Part shown: piece by piece, positions 1 to 9,609 of the stretch | How the letters are laid out: each line of letters starts with the position of its first letter | Numbering within the stretch: position 1 is the stretch's first letter | Source of the DNA: Clostridiales bacterium DTU087 | GTDB lineage: Bacteria > Bacillota > Limnochordia > DTU087 | Direction: 5' to 3' | NCBI GenBank assembly: GCA_001513495.1 | Contig: LFTN01000009.1 | Span: 1 to 43,235 of the forward strand | DNA: 43,235 bases | Made by a program: the position numbers and the translations under genes | The notes under the pieces: model-generated | What the model was told of the DNA's origin: nothing | Database searches by the model: none | Seen by the model: the letters and a program-made list of their open reading frames with translations, nothing else

Positions 1-59
1 TTGGCTGCCTTGCTTGGAAACCGCATTACGACCATGTTGCCACCAGTTGCCATCATCAT
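1..59 (-). CDS. spoIIAB: anti-sigma F factor SpoIIAB, first ~19 codons only (gene runs off the left edge)
   Basis: The reverse strand reads ATGATGATGGCAACTGGTGGCAACATGGTCGTAATGCGGTTTCCAAGCAAGGCAGCC = MMMATGGNMVVMRFPSKAA. The start overlaps the spoIIAA stop (AGATGATGATG). The M-x-F-x-S...N pattern resembles SpoIIAB N-termini, and the position directly after spoIIAA fits. The fragment is very short. Confidence 0.4.
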   Translation of the reverse strand, partial: MMMATGGNMVVMRFPSKAA

Positions 60-418
60 CTTCCCCCAATCTGAGCCAACGCTTGTTCCTCAGTATCGGC
101 GAACTGCATAATGCGTTCCATGCCAGCCATGATCAGCATCCGCCGCACCGGGTCTACAGCCCTAAGAGCCACCACTTTCCCCGCCCGGGCTTTAATCTGC
201 CTGTATCGCCCCATGAGAACACCAAGGCCGGAGCTATCGATAAAGCCAACATGCTCCAGATCCCAGATCAAATGATAAACCCTAGAGTTCTCCGCCAAGG
301 CCGTGTCCACCATTTCCTTGACCTCAGCAGCTGAAGCCAAGTCCAGCTCGCCTCCTAGAGATACAATCAATGCTTTTCCTCTACGCTTGATTTCTATATC
401 CACCCTCTGCCCCTCCAT
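56..418 (-). CDS. spoIIAA: anti-sigma factor antagonist, STAS domain (SpoIIAA-like)
   Basis: 120-aa ORF. STAS signature LIVSLGGELDLASA ... HVGFIDSSGLGVLMGRY (phosphorylatable Ser in DSSGLG). It is followed by an overlapping SpoIIAB-like start. Confidence 0.8.
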   Translation of the reverse strand: MEGQRVDIEIKRRGKALIVSLGGELDLASAAEVKEMVDTALAENSRVYHLIWDLEHVGFIDSSGLGVLMGRYRQIKARAGKVVALRAVDPVRRMLIMAGMERIMQFADTEEQALAQIGGR

Positions 419-466
419 GAGTTGATCCGCTCATTCCAGCAGTAAGAGCTGGAAGTCCTTAATGTA

Positions 467-492
467 TTTTCACGCATATCTGATAAATTCCT
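467..492 (-). promoter_or_regulatory. possible sigma-H-type promoter for the spoIIA operon
   Basis: The minus strand reads GGCAGGAATTTATCAGATATGCGTGAAAATAC. AGGAATT (492-486) matches the sigma-H -35 consensus RnAGGAwWW. After 11 nt comes cgtGAAA (-10 consensus RnnGAAT, 3/4 of the core). It lies ~45 nt upstream of the spoIIAA ATG. This is a partial match only. Confidence 0.25.
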
Positions 493-895
493 GCCAAACG
501 GTTATTTGCTGCCGCATCAATATTATTGGGGAGCCCGCTCGACCCACCTGAAGCAGCCTGGGTATTTCCGGCAGTCTTGGCCTATCGGAAGCAGGGCGCC
601 CACTGCAATAGCAACAACCCTAGAAAAGATCAAGTCTTCCAAAACTATCCGTGTATTTACAATTACCAGAAGGAAGAGTCCATGTGAACGACGCAAGTCG
701 TCTTAAGCCAAAAATACTCCAACAGTGAGACATCACACCATTGTAACAGGCAAGTAGACACAGTTCTCCATTTACTACCCATCAATTCCCGTTGTATTGC
801 AGAATGGGGGGCGGTATCGGCATAGCCATAGCAAGCTGCTTCCGCAGCATATGAAGTATGATCACTTTGGTCAATATGGAAGAAAGGAGAATTCC

Positions 896-2149
896 ATGTC
901 TAAGAAGTGTAGAACACGGATGGTGCAGATTAGGCTCGCTCTTTTCCTAACCATAGTGTTGGTCTTGAGCATAGGTGTAGTGACAAACGCAAAGACTACC
1001 GTAGTCTATTGGCAGCATTTTGCAGATGCTAGGATTGAAGCTGTTCAACAGCTAGCAGCGGAGTTCATGAAGGAAAACCCGGATATTGAAATTCAAATAG
1101 AAGGCATTCCTTGGGCTGCCTATTTCGACAAGCTGTTCACCTCCATTGCCGCGGGTTCGGGCCCTGATGTTTTCCAGGCACCCACTGGCTTGGCCGAGCA
1201 GTTCATTCGAAGCGGCAACATTGTGCCTCTAAGGGGAATCTCTCCATCCCAGGTTGAAGAAGAGTTTCTCCCCTGGACAGTGGAAAGGCTGATCAGCGAA
1301 GGCAAGATCTGGGGGCTGCCCACTGACATACAAAGCATAGTCCTATTCTACAATACCCGGTTGTTCAAGGAAGCCGGCCTAGACCCGGATCGCCCGCCTG
1401 CCAGCTGGGAAGAACTGGTGCACTACGGACAAAAGCTCACCAAGCAAGAGGGGGGCAGGTTTAGCCAAACCGGATTAGACACAGACTACTATTCTATAGT
1501 CTTAGAGACTTTTATGTTCCAAGCTGGTGTTGGCAAGATGTATGATGATGACTTGACCCAAGCGCTGTTCAATACTCCAGAAGCACTAAGAGCGCTGACG
1601 TTCATGACCGATCTGACTACCCGCTATGGGATTGAGGATGCAGAGTTCAATAGTCAAGACAACACCTTTGCTCTGGAGCTAACTGCCATGTCTTTGGCGC
1701 ATCCGGTAAGCATGGGGACACTGAGGCTGTTTAACCCAGCTCTAGAGTACAAGGTAGCGCTTGCTCCGCCGGTCAATGCAGGAGATACTCCTGTGACTAC
1801 AGGAACTCACTGGCAGTACTTTATCACCAAGAAAGCCCCGCAGCTGGAGGCACAGAAATGGGTTGAGTACCTGGCCTCTGAACATGCTCAACTGACCTTC
1901 TGCCAGGTCGCAGGGGATCTAGTCTCAAGAAAAGCATTGCTCACCAACCCCAAAGTAAGAACCAATCCTAACCAAGCCGTTGCCCTTGATTCGCTGGAGT
2001 ATGCTCGTCCCATATCTTGGCCGGGGTGGGCTGAGTTTGTTCGGCTATACACAGAAGCCATTGAAAGGGTAGTCTTCGGTCAGAATACACCTGAAGAGTC
2101 CTTGGATATTCTCATTAGGGAGATCAATGGCGTTTTGGCCAACCGCTAG
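896..2149 (+). CDS. ABC transporter extracellular solute-binding protein (family 1, carbohydrate/CUT1 type)
   Basis: The ORF 797..2149 is trimmed to the ATG at 896, which is preceded by AAAGGAGA (884-890). N-terminal signal/anchor MSKKCRTRMVQIRLALFLTIVLVLSIGVV. The length (~417 aa) and sequence are typical of sugar-binding SBPs. Two permease genes follow. Confidence 0.85.
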   Translation: MSKKCRTRMVQIRLALFLTIVLVLSIGVVTNAKTTVVYWQHFADARIEAVQQLAAEFMKENPDIEIQIEGIPWAAYFDKLFTSIAAGSGPDVFQAPTGLAEQFIRSGNIVPLRGISPSQVEEEFLPWTVERLISEGKIWGLPTDIQSIVLFYNTRLFKEAGLDPDRPPASWEELVHYGQKLTKQEGGRFSQTGLDTDYYSIVLETFMFQAGVGKMYDDDLTQALFNTPEALRALTFMTDLTTRYGIEDAEFNSQDNTFALELTAMSLAHPVSMGTLRLFNPALEYKVALAPPVNAGDTPVTTGTHWQYFITKKAPQLEAQKWVEYLASEHAQLTFCQVAGDLVSRKALLTNPKVRTNPNQAVALDSLEYARPISWPGWAEFVRLYTEAIERVVFGQNTPEESLDILIREINGVLANR

Positions 2150-2222
2150 TCTGAGTATGGTCATAGCGCGGGACTGTGGACAGCATCCCGCGCTATGTTC
2201 TTATGTTTAAGTGAGAGGATGC

Positions 2223-3137
2223 ATGGTATTGACAGCTAGTAAGCGCAGTATCAATCAGAAGAAGTTGGCACCGTACATATTTATCGCACCGGCAGTTATT
2301 TTCTTTTGCCTGCTGCTGGTATACCCAATTCTGTTCGGTTTCCTGCTGAGCTTTCAAGACTGGAATCTGTTGGCTAGGGAGGCGTCCTTCGTAGGTCTCG
2401 GCAACTATGCCAAGGCACTCAGGGACCCTCTCTTCCGGAAAAGCCTATGGAACACAGTGTACTACACACTAATGACCATACCGCCGACAGTCATACTCTC
2501 ATTAATTCTAGCCTTGATGATCAATTCTAGGCTCATCAGGTACAAGAGCCTGTTTCGGGTACTGTATTTTGTTCCAGTGGTTACATCAATGGTGGCTATC
2601 TCCTTCGTATGGAAGTGGATGTATAACCCTCGCTACGGCCTAATAAACTTGGCGCTGGAAGCCGTGGGATTCACCGGTCAATCCTGGCTTAGCAGTCCAA
2701 CATTGGCCCTGCCGTCTGTAGCCATCATGATGATATGGCAGAGTGTTGGCTTCTACATGGTGTTGTTTATCGCGGGATTACAGGGAATTCCGGAGACTCT
2801 TTACGAGGCAGCCACCATCGATGGGGCAAATCGCTGGCAGACCTTTTCATACATTACTCTACCACTCCTAAACCCAACCATTGTGTTCATCTTGATCACC
2901 TCGGTAATAAACTCTTTCCAGGTGTTTGTCCCAGTATTTGTGATGACGTCTTCTACAACCGGCGAGCCCGGCGGCCCTCTAAACAGTACCAGAGTGTTAG
3001 TATATCATCTATACTCCATTGCATTCCGAAATCTAGATATGGGCTATGGTTCGGCGATCGCCTTTATCCTCTTCGCCATCCTCTTGATTGTAACGGTACT
3101 GCAGTTTAAGGTAGTCCAGCAGAAAGTGGAGTACTAG
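2223..3137 (+). CDS. carbohydrate ABC transporter permease (MalF/UgpA-like)
   Basis: ATG at 2223 follows GAGAGGA. Multi-pass membrane protein with the EAA-loop motif YEAATIDGANRWQTFSYITLPLL. Confidence 0.85.
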   Translation: MVLTASKRSINQKKLAPYIFIAPAVIFFCLLLVYPILFGFLLSFQDWNLLAREASFVGLGNYAKALRDPLFRKSLWNTVYYTLMTIPPTVILSLILALMINSRLIRYKSLFRVLYFVPVVTSMVAISFVWKWMYNPRYGLINLALEAVGFTGQSWLSSPTLALPSVAIMMIWQSVGFYMVLFIAGLQGIPETLYEAATIDGANRWQTFSYITLPLLNPTIVFILITSVINSFQVFVPVFVMTSSTTGEPGGPLNSTRVLVYHLYSIAFRNLDMGYGSAIAFILFAILLIVTVLQFKVVQQKVEY

Positions 3138-3149
3138 GAGGTAAAACAG

Positions 3150-3977
3150 GTGACTAGGAGAAATTCGTTGGAACGGATCATACTTGGAACCCTCCTTTTG
3201 TTGGGGGGCATAGCTATGATTGTGCCCTTTGTCTGGATGGTCAGCTCGGCCTTTAAGCCGCTGCCGGAAGTCATTAAGGTTCCACCCACTTTGATACCAC
3301 AGAATCCCACATTGGACAACTTCAGGACAGTGTTTACACGGGTGCCGTTCTCCCGTTACTTTCTCAACAGCACTATTGTCGCTGTGGTGGTGGTGTTCAG
3401 TACGCTGTTTACGAGTTCACTTGCAGGTTTCGCTTTTGCAAAATATGATTTTACAGGCTGCAATGTCATATTTCTGCTCATTGTCAGCACCATGATGGTG
3501 CCTTTCCACGTAATCATTATCCCCTTGTATATAATGATGCATCGGGCCGGGCTTGTTGACACTCTGCTGGCTCTGATCATACCTGGATTAGTCAGTGCAT
3601 ATGGGATCTTTCTGATGCGGCAGTTTTCTCAAGGGATACCCGACGAACTCTTGGATGCCGCCCGGATCGATGGTGCATCTGAGTTCCGGATCTACTGGCA
3701 GGTAGTGCTGCCACTGGTGAAGCCGGCTTTAGCGACACTAGGGATTTTCACCTTTATGTGGAACTGGGATTCCTTCCTATGGCCGGTAATTGTAAGCGAC
3801 TCCGATATATCCCGAACCTTGCCCATAGGGCTGTCGACTTTCGGGCAGCAATATGCATCCTTCTACAACTTGCAGATGGCGGCATCATTGGTCACCGTAA
3901 CTCCAGTCCTGATAGCTTTCCTGATGGCACAGAAGTATTTCATACAAGGCATTGCTCTAACCGGCTTGAAGACGTAA
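3150..3977 (+). CDS. carbohydrate ABC transporter permease (MalG/UgpE-like)
   Basis: GTG start 7 nt after AGGAGGT (3136-3142). EAA loop LDAARIDGASEFRIYWQVVLPLVKP. 275 aa, six predicted TM segments. Confidence 0.85.
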   Translation: MTRRNSLERIILGTLLLLGGIAMIVPFVWMVSSAFKPLPEVIKVPPTLIPQNPTLDNFRTVFTRVPFSRYFLNSTIVAVVVVFSTLFTSSLAGFAFAKYDFTGCNVIFLLIVSTMMVPFHVIIIPLYIMMHRAGLVDTLLALIIPGLVSAYGIFLMRQFSQGIPDELLDAARIDGASEFRIYWQVVLPLVKPALATLGIFTFMWNWDSFLWPVIVSDSDISRTLPIGLSTFGQQYASFYNLQMAASLVTVTPVLIAFLMAQKYFIQGIALTGLKT

Positions 3978-4001
3978 GCGATAAAGAAAGGGTGTCAGTT
4001 G

Positions 4002-5123
4002 ATGGTTATGACTAGTAGAGAACGGATATTGCGAGCTTTTCGATGCGAAGAAACCGATCGAGTGCCCATTAGGCTTTGGGGAGTAGACACCTTTGCCAGT
4101 AGTGTCGCAGACCCCTCCTATTGGCCTCTACACAGAATGGCGGCACAGCACTGCGACCAAATGATTACCTGGCCGGTACCGGCTGGTTTTGCCTTGACTG
4201 GAATGGAGATTACTGACCGGCATAGGTTCATCAGGCCATCCGAACATGAGGGCTTTGTAGAAGTGGTTACTGTAATACCCACCCCGGAAGGTGAGCTTAC
4301 TTCGGTGTTTCTCAAGAGCTTATCGAGAAAGCCAGGATACATTAAGGAACACTTCATAAAGACACCGCAAGATATCAAGAAGGTGCTGTCCATCCCATAT
4401 AACCCTCCCCGTCCCGATACCAGGGGATTTCTTGCGTTAGACTGCAAGGTGGGAGAGAAAGCAGTACCAATGGTCGGGCTGCCGTCGGATCCGGTGTATA
4501 TCGCCAATGACATGATTGGGTCTGAGTTGTTCGCCATCTGGAGCATAGAGGAGAGACCTCTCCTGCTGGAATTCATCTCGATCTTGGCAGATAGGTGGCA
4601 TGATCTGGTCATATACTTGCTGGAACAAGGAGTAGGCCCGCTGTTCGGTTACGTAGGCCCTGAACTTTGCATACCTCCCCTGCAGTCCGTCAAGGATTTT
4701 GAGGAGATGGTTGTCGAGGTAGACAAGCCGACTATTGCGGCCATTCATGACCATGGCGGACTGGTTTGGGTGCATTGCCATGGAGGCATGAACCCCGTGC
4801 TGGAACTCTTTATGGAGATGGGGGTCGACTGCCTCAATCCCATTGAACCGCCTCCCATGGGAGATATTCTCCTCTCTGAAGCTAAAGAGCGGGTCAAGGG
4901 AAGAATGTGCCTGGAAGGCAACATTGAGGTTGGGGACTTTCAAATGTTGGGCCATGAGGAGTTTCGGCAGGTTTGCATAGACAGTATCCAGATGGGTAAG
5001 CCAGGAGGGGGATTCATATTCTGTCCATCATCGGATCACACCCACTGGCCGTTCTTGGATGAGCACATTCTGGAAAACTATAGGATCTTCATTGAGGTAG
5101 GGCTGGAATACGGCAGGTATTGA
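4002..5123 (+). CDS. uroporphyrinogen decarboxylase (URO-D)-fold family protein, function unknown
   Basis: ORF 3999..5123, with ATG at 4002 8 nt after AAGGGTG. N-terminus SRERILRAFRCEETDRVPI and the C-terminal stretch VHCHGGMNPVLELFMEMGVDCLNPIEPPPMGD are typical of URO-D/MtaA-like TIM barrels. It sits immediately downstream of the permeases. The family call is from memory and not verified. Confidence 0.55.
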   Translation: MVMTSRERILRAFRCEETDRVPIRLWGVDTFASSVADPSYWPLHRMAAQHCDQMITWPVPAGFALTGMEITDRHRFIRPSEHEGFVEVVTVIPTPEGELTSVFLKSLSRKPGYIKEHFIKTPQDIKKVLSIPYNPPRPDTRGFLALDCKVGEKAVPMVGLPSDPVYIANDMIGSELFAIWSIEERPLLLEFISILADRWHDLVIYLLEQGVGPLFGYVGPELCIPPLQSVKDFEEMVVEVDKPTIAAIHDHGGLVWVHCHGGMNPVLELFMEMGVDCLNPIEPPPMGDILLSEAKERVKGRMCLEGNIEVGDFQMLGHEEFRQVCIDSIQMGKPGGGFIFCPSSDHTHWPFLDEHILENYRIFIEVGLEYGRY

Positions 5124-5136
5124 TTAGGCATACGAA

Positions 5137-5158
5137 AGAGGAGCTTTCCAGCTCCTCT
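5137..5158. terminator. hairpin between convergent genes (candidate bidirectional terminator)
   Basis: AGAGGAGCT-ttcc-AGCTCCTCT is a perfect 9-bp inverted repeat 14 nt after the URO-D-like stop. On the minus strand it is followed by TTTCG. There is no long U-tract on either strand. Confidence 0.4.
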
Positions 5159-5241
5159 CGGTACTAGACTCTGGTGCTTTGCTATGGGCGGCTTAGCCTG
5201 CACATGATTCAGAGGCTCTAAGAGGGCCTGTATTCTCCAGC

Positions 5242-6471
5242 CTAATCGCTGGGCTTGCCGGGAACGATACTCTGCAGCAGGCGTTTTGACATCCTCACCA
5301 GCATCTGGAGAATGTTAGCCCTTTCTACATCATAGTCAGCCGCTATATCCACTCGGGCGATTTCGATACCGCCGCGTTTGATCACCAGCTCACCCAAGAC
5401 CTCGCCCTTATGCAACGGTGCCGTCAAATCCTTTTTCCAGTCTATTTCCCGGGTCAGTTCCCCTTGACTGCCCCGGGGCACGCCGATGGTGAGTTCTTCT
5501 ATGGTACTGACAGATACCTTCTCCTCCTTGCCCCATGAAACCACGGCTTCGCCCAGAGACTGCCCCGGCCGGGCAATGGTTACCGGTTCATAGGTGCGAA
5601 AACCATAATCCATCAGTGTCGTAGTATCCTTGCTGCGGGCATCTTTAGTGGGCGCACCTAGAACTACTGAAATCAGCCGCATGCCGTCTCGCTGAGCTGT
5701 GGCTGCCAAACAGTACCCTGCCTCCGATGTCATGCCGGTCTTGATGCCGTCTAAGCCAGGGTATCCATAGCGCCTGCCGGACCCCAGCACCCGATCAAGG
5801 AGCTCATTGAGAGTATACAGGTGGGGTTTGCCAGTGGTGTCAGGCCTCATGGTATACTCATGGGTCGAAACCATCTCGATGAGATGGGGCAGTCGTACAG
5901 CATGGCGGGATAGGAGGGCCAAATCATAAGCGGAGGAGTGGTGCTCTGCATCCATGCCCAGAGTCCGGGGTGGCAGGCCGCTGGCATTGCTGAAAACCGT
6001 ATTCGTCATTCCTAGTTCCTGTGCCCTGCGGTTCATCTCGGCGACAAAGCTGGCCTCAGAACCTGACAGATACTCAGCTACAGCAACCGCGGCATCGTTG
6101 GCCGACCCGACTGCAATGGCGTAGAGCATATCTTTCATGGTCATCTGCTCTCCGACTTCTAGCCATATCTGGGAGCCTCCCATATCGGCAGCATGCTCAC
6201 TGGTTGTAATCAGATCATCGAGAGAAGCCTTGCCGGCTTCGATTGCTTCCAACGCCAACACTAAGGTCATGATCTTGGTGATGCTTGCCATAGGGAGTGG
6301 GGCATGCATGTCTTTTTCATATATCACCTCACCTGACCTGGCCTCCATCAAGACAGCCGCTTTTGCTGACAGGCTCAGCTCCTGGGCACTAGCTGGCAGA
6401 ATACCGATGGTGCTAAGGCAGAGTACGGTCAGTAAGATGATCGCGATGGTTCCCTTGTGGATAGATGGCAT
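5242..6471 (-). CDS. dacF: D-alanyl-D-alanine carboxypeptidase (peptidase S11, PBP5 family), DacF-like by synteny
   Basis: ATG at 6471 lies 7 nt after GGAGGG. Signal peptide. Active-site motifs SITK (SxxK), SNASG (SxN-like) and KTG (GIKTGMT). The neighbours deoB-pdp upstream and spoIIA downstream match the B. subtilis drm-pupG-dacF-spoIIA region. A forespore-type -35 element GCATA (rc of 6554-6558) lies upstream. Confidence 0.8.
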   Translation of the reverse strand: MPSIHKGTIAIILLTVLCLSTIGILPASAQELSLSAKAAVLMEARSGEVIYEKDMHAPLPMASITKIMTLVLALEAIEAGKASLDDLITTSEHAADMGGSQIWLEVGEQMTMKDMLYAIAVGSANDAAVAVAEYLSGSEASFVAEMNRRAQELGMTNTVFSNASGLPPRTLGMDAEHHSSAYDLALLSRHAVRLPHLIEMVSTHEYTMRPDTTGKPHLYTLNELLDRVLGSGRRYGYPGLDGIKTGMTSEAGYCLAATAQRDGMRLISVVLGAPTKDARSKDTTTLMDYGFRTYEPVTIARPGQSLGEAVVSWGKEEKVSVSTIEELTIGVPRGSQGELTREIDWKKDLTAPLHKGEVLGELVIKRGGIEIARVDIAADYDVERANILQMLVRMSKRLLQSIVPGKPSD

Positions 6472-6564
6472 TTAAATCCCTCCTCTGCCGTGTATCTCCT
6501 GGGTCCTCTCTAATCGTGCTACATTCTATAACCTATGTCTAGCCCCTCGCGGTTATGCCAAGAC

Positions 6565-7872
6565 TCACCTGGAAACACGAGCCAGGATGAGGGGAAGCGG
6601 TTCTGTGGGGCTGCCTATAAGCTCAATGGCAGCTTCTATTCTTCTGGCAGCACTGTTGACTGATTCAGGTGCAGGTCCATAGACCCTAGCCATCACCTGT
6701 CCCTGCTGAAGCTGATCACCCACTTTTACCAATAATTCTAAGCCCGCACTTAGGTCGATTTCGTCATCGATCCGCTGCCGCCCAGCCCCCAGCTCCATGG
6801 CGATTAGGCCAATCTCCCTGGCATCAATGCGGGATACATAGCCTGAACTCGGGGCTACAGCCTCCAAACACACGGGAGCCTGGGGCAAGAGCTCTGGCTC
6901 CTCGATAACCCGGGGATCACCGCCTTGAGCCGCAATCATCGCCCGAAACCGTTCTATCGGCAGGCCCTTCTCCATAGCCTGCAACAAGAGCTGCCGGCCC
7001 TCTTCTGGTGTCTCCGCCTTTTCTGCCTGAATCAGCATTTCAGCTCCCAGGGCTAGGCAAAGCTCCGTCAAATCCTCAGGGCCGCTGCCCTGGAGAGTAG
7101 CGACAGCTTCCCGGACCTCCAGGGCGTTGCCCACTGCATGCCCGAGGGGCTGGTCCATATTGGTGACTAAAGCGGTGGTGCGCCGGCCGGTTTTCGTTCC
7201 AATATCCACCATGGTTTCAGCCAGCAGCCGTGCCGAAGAGAGATCCTGCATAAAAGCGCCGCTGCCAACTTTCACATCCAAGACGATGCGGCTGGCTCCA
7301 GCAGCTATCTTCTTGCTCATAATTGAGCTGGCGATCAAGGGTATGGAATCCACCGTGGCTGTCACGTCCCGCAGAGCATACAGCTTCTTGTCTGCCGGCA
7401 CCAGATTGCCGGTCTGGCCTACAACCGCCAATCCAGCTTCCTCAACAGCCTGAATAAACTCCGTTCTATTCAAGTCAAAGCGAAACCCTGGGATGGCGCT
7501 GAGCTTATCCAAAGTTCCGCCGGTATGGCCCAATCCGCGGCCGGACATTTTCGCGATTCTAACACCGGCTGCTGCCACCCACGGGAGCAGTACCAGAGTA
7601 GTCTTATCCCCCACTCCCCCGGTGGAGTGTTTATCCACCAGCTGCCCTCCCAGCTCCGGCCATGTCAGTACCTCCCCAGAGTCAACCATGGCCATAGTGA
7701 GTTCTGCGGTGGCTTCGGAACTGAGCCCTTGGAAATACACTGCCATACACCATGCCGCCATCTGGTAATCTGGAACGCGGCCCTCGGTGTAGCCATTAAT
7801 CATGAAACGGATCTCCTCCCGGGAAAGGCCGAGCCCGTCCCGGGTCCTGGTAATGATATCATACATCCTCAT
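6565..7872 (-). CDS. pdp: pyrimidine-nucleoside (thymidine) phosphorylase
   Basis: The N-terminus MRMYDIITRTRDG..EEIRFMINGYTEGRVPDYQMAAW is nearly identical in pattern to B. subtilis Pdp. Also contains DKHSTGGVGDK. 435 aa. Confidence 0.9.
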   Translation of the reverse strand: MRMYDIITRTRDGLGLSREEIRFMINGYTEGRVPDYQMAAWCMAVYFQGLSSEATAELTMAMVDSGEVLTWPELGGQLVDKHSTGGVGDKTTLVLLPWVAAAGVRIAKMSGRGLGHTGGTLDKLSAIPGFRFDLNRTEFIQAVEEAGLAVVGQTGNLVPADKKLYALRDVTATVDSIPLIASSIMSKKIAAGASRIVLDVKVGSGAFMQDLSSARLLAETMVDIGTKTGRRTTALVTNMDQPLGHAVGNALEVREAVATLQGSGPEDLTELCLALGAEMLIQAEKAETPEEGRQLLLQAMEKGLPIERFRAMIAAQGGDPRVIEEPELLPQAPVCLEAVAPSSGYVSRIDAREIGLIAMELGAGRQRIDDEIDLSAGLELLVKVGDQLQQGQVMARVYGPAPESVNSAARRIEAAIELIGSPTEPLPLILARVSR

Positions 7873-7892
7873 GATGCTCCTGCCCCTCCCTT

Positions 7893-9089
7893 CTATCTCC
7901 GGCGGGGAGTCAAGACACTCAAGAAGCTAGTACCCGGCCCTTCCCAAGCGATGCCGAAAAAGTCGGCGATGGATGCGGCCACATCGGCGAAGGTCTCCCG
8001 GGTCCCAAGGGGAATGCAGCCGTCTATGCCCGCGCCGGTCACAAGTAAAGGCACATACTCCCGGGAATGGTCGGTGCTTGCCGTCGTGGGGTCACAGCCG
8101 TGATCAGCGGTGATGATGAGCAGATCACTAGGGGTCAGTTTATCTAAGATGGCCTGCAGCTTGGAGTCCAGGCTTTCCAGGCCCCTTGCGTAACCCTGTA
8201 CATCGTTTCTATGACCCCAAAGAGTGTCAAAATCAACAAAATTGGCGAAGATGAGGCCTTCTTTCTGCAACTCGTCCATGGCTTTCAGCACTGCCTCCTG
8301 GACTTCAGCATTGCTATGGGCTGGCAAGGCATTGGTAACCCCTCGGCCCGCAAAAATATCGGGTATCTTGCCGATGCCATAGACAGTACAGCCGGCATCA
8401 ACCAGGCGATCCAGTATGGTCGGCCCCACAGGCGGCAGGCTGAAATCCCGGCGGCGGTCAGTTCTCTGAAAGGCACCGGGCTTCCCGACAAAAGGCCGGG
8501 CAATGACCCGTCCGACTCCGTGTTCACCCTGCAGCAGCTGCCTTGCCATCGCACAGATCTCATACAGCCTGTCCAGGCCGATGATTTCTTCATGTGCAGC
8601 AATCTGGAACACACTGTCCGCAGATGTGTAAACTATGGGACACCCTGTGGCCATATGTTCTTCGCCCAGCTCTTTGATAATCTCAGTACCCGATGCCGGC
8701 TTGTTACCCAAGACGCTAGTACCGATCATCTCCTCAAAGGTACTGATCACTTCCTCCGGAAACCCGCTGGGATAGACCGGAAACGGCCTTTCCAGGATGA
8801 TCCCCATCAATTCCCAATGTCCTGTGGTTGTATCCTTGCCGGGAGACCTCTCTGCCATCTTGCCCCAGCCTGAGGAGCAGGCTTTGGTGGGCGGAACCCC
8901 TTCAATGGGCACGATGTTGCCCAGCCCCAGCTTTTCTAGGTTAGGAAGATGCAGCCCTCCCACTGCCCTGGCTGTATTAGGTAGAGTAGCACTGCCTTTA
9001 TCACCGTACAGTGCCGCATCTGGCAGCTCACCAACTCCCACACTGTCTAGAACCAAGACGATAATTCGCTGCTTGTCCACCTTGTTCAT
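7893..9089 (-). CDS. deoB: phosphopentomutase
   Basis: ORF 7893..9143. The homologue-like start is [25 protein letters not shown] at 9089. Also contains ADHGCDPT. The exact start is uncertain: there is a TTG at 9143, and a strong GAGAGGAGG at ~9129-9137 suggests an alternative upstream start. Confidence 0.9.
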   Translation of the reverse strand: MNKVDKQRIIVLVLDSVGVGELPDAALYGDKGSATLPNTARAVGGLHLPNLEKLGLGNIVPIEGVPPTKACSSGWGKMAERSPGKDTTTGHWELMGIILERPFPVYPSGFPEEVISTFEEMIGTSVLGNKPASGTEIIKELGEEHMATGCPIVYTSADSVFQIAAHEEIIGLDRLYEICAMARQLLQGEHGVGRVIARPFVGKPGAFQRTDRRRDFSLPPVGPTILDRLVDAGCTVYGIGKIPDIFAGRGVTNALPAHSNAEVQEAVLKAMDELQKEGLIFANFVDFDTLWGHRNDVQGYARGLESLDSKLQAILDKLTPSDLLIITADHGCDPTTASTDHSREYVPLLVTGAGIDGCIPLGTRETFADVAASIADFFGIAWEGPGTSFLSVLTPRRR

Positions 9090-9288
9090 AGCGAGCACCC
9101 AGCTGCCCAAGATCCTGGGTCTGGGTGTCCTCCTCTCAATCAATGTCTAAGATTGGATCTTGGCAATAGCTCTCGCAACTAATTATGGCCGCAAGTTCAA
9201 GTTCTCTTGTAGTGAGCGGGGGGCGGACTGCCATGCACTGGCATTATGCCTTTCCCACTTGGGTAAACATTTCTAGGTAACCAGCTAG

Positions 9289-9573
9289 TTACCTGCTCCC
9301 AGATCTTCCAGGATTTTCACTGCCGGACACAAAAAGAGAAGCCGCAAGCGGTTCTTGCGGCTGATTCAGAGGTCTGCACGTTGAGGGCAACAGCTCCTCC
9401 GGCAGTATGGGCGGTTCGGCTTCCCGCTGGTTAATCCTGGGCCAGCCGCTGAAGATCAGCCAGAGGATTATAGTAATAACAACCAGGAAAGCCAGGGGCT
9501 TGGCGGCTGCCCGCAGGCGCCTGCCTAATCCCCGCAAGGAGATCACCCAAATCACCGCAATCCCCCATTTCAT
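9289..9573 (-). CDS. hypothetical small membrane protein
   Basis: 94 codons. ATG follows AAGGAGA by 5 nt, 36 nt after the spoIIM stop. Hydrophobic segments GIAVIWVISL and LAFLVVITIILWLIFSGW. I recognise no family. Confidence 0.45.
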   Translation of the reverse strand: MKWGIAVIWVISLRGLGRRLRAAAKPLAFLVVITIILWLIFSGWPRINQREAEPPILPEELLPSTCRPLNQPQEPLAASLFVSGSENPGRSGSR

Positions 9574-9609
9574 TCCAATCTCCTTGGAAAACTGGGCCCA
9601 GGCCGTTGG

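Noticed and set aside
506-706. 66-aa plus-strand ORF in the spoIIAA / ABC intergenic tract
   Set aside because: It has no SD, a non-ATG context and arbitrary composition. It is probably spurious, although the tract itself remains unexplained.
6472-6564. Forespore (sigma-F/G) promoter upstream of the dacF-like gene
   Set aside because: A good -35 (GCATA, rc of 6554-6558) is present. The downstream -10 candidates (CATAGGT / GGTTATAGAA) fit neither the sigma-G CATnnTA nor the sigma-F GGnnAnAHTR consensus at correct spacing. It is therefore not reported as a feature.
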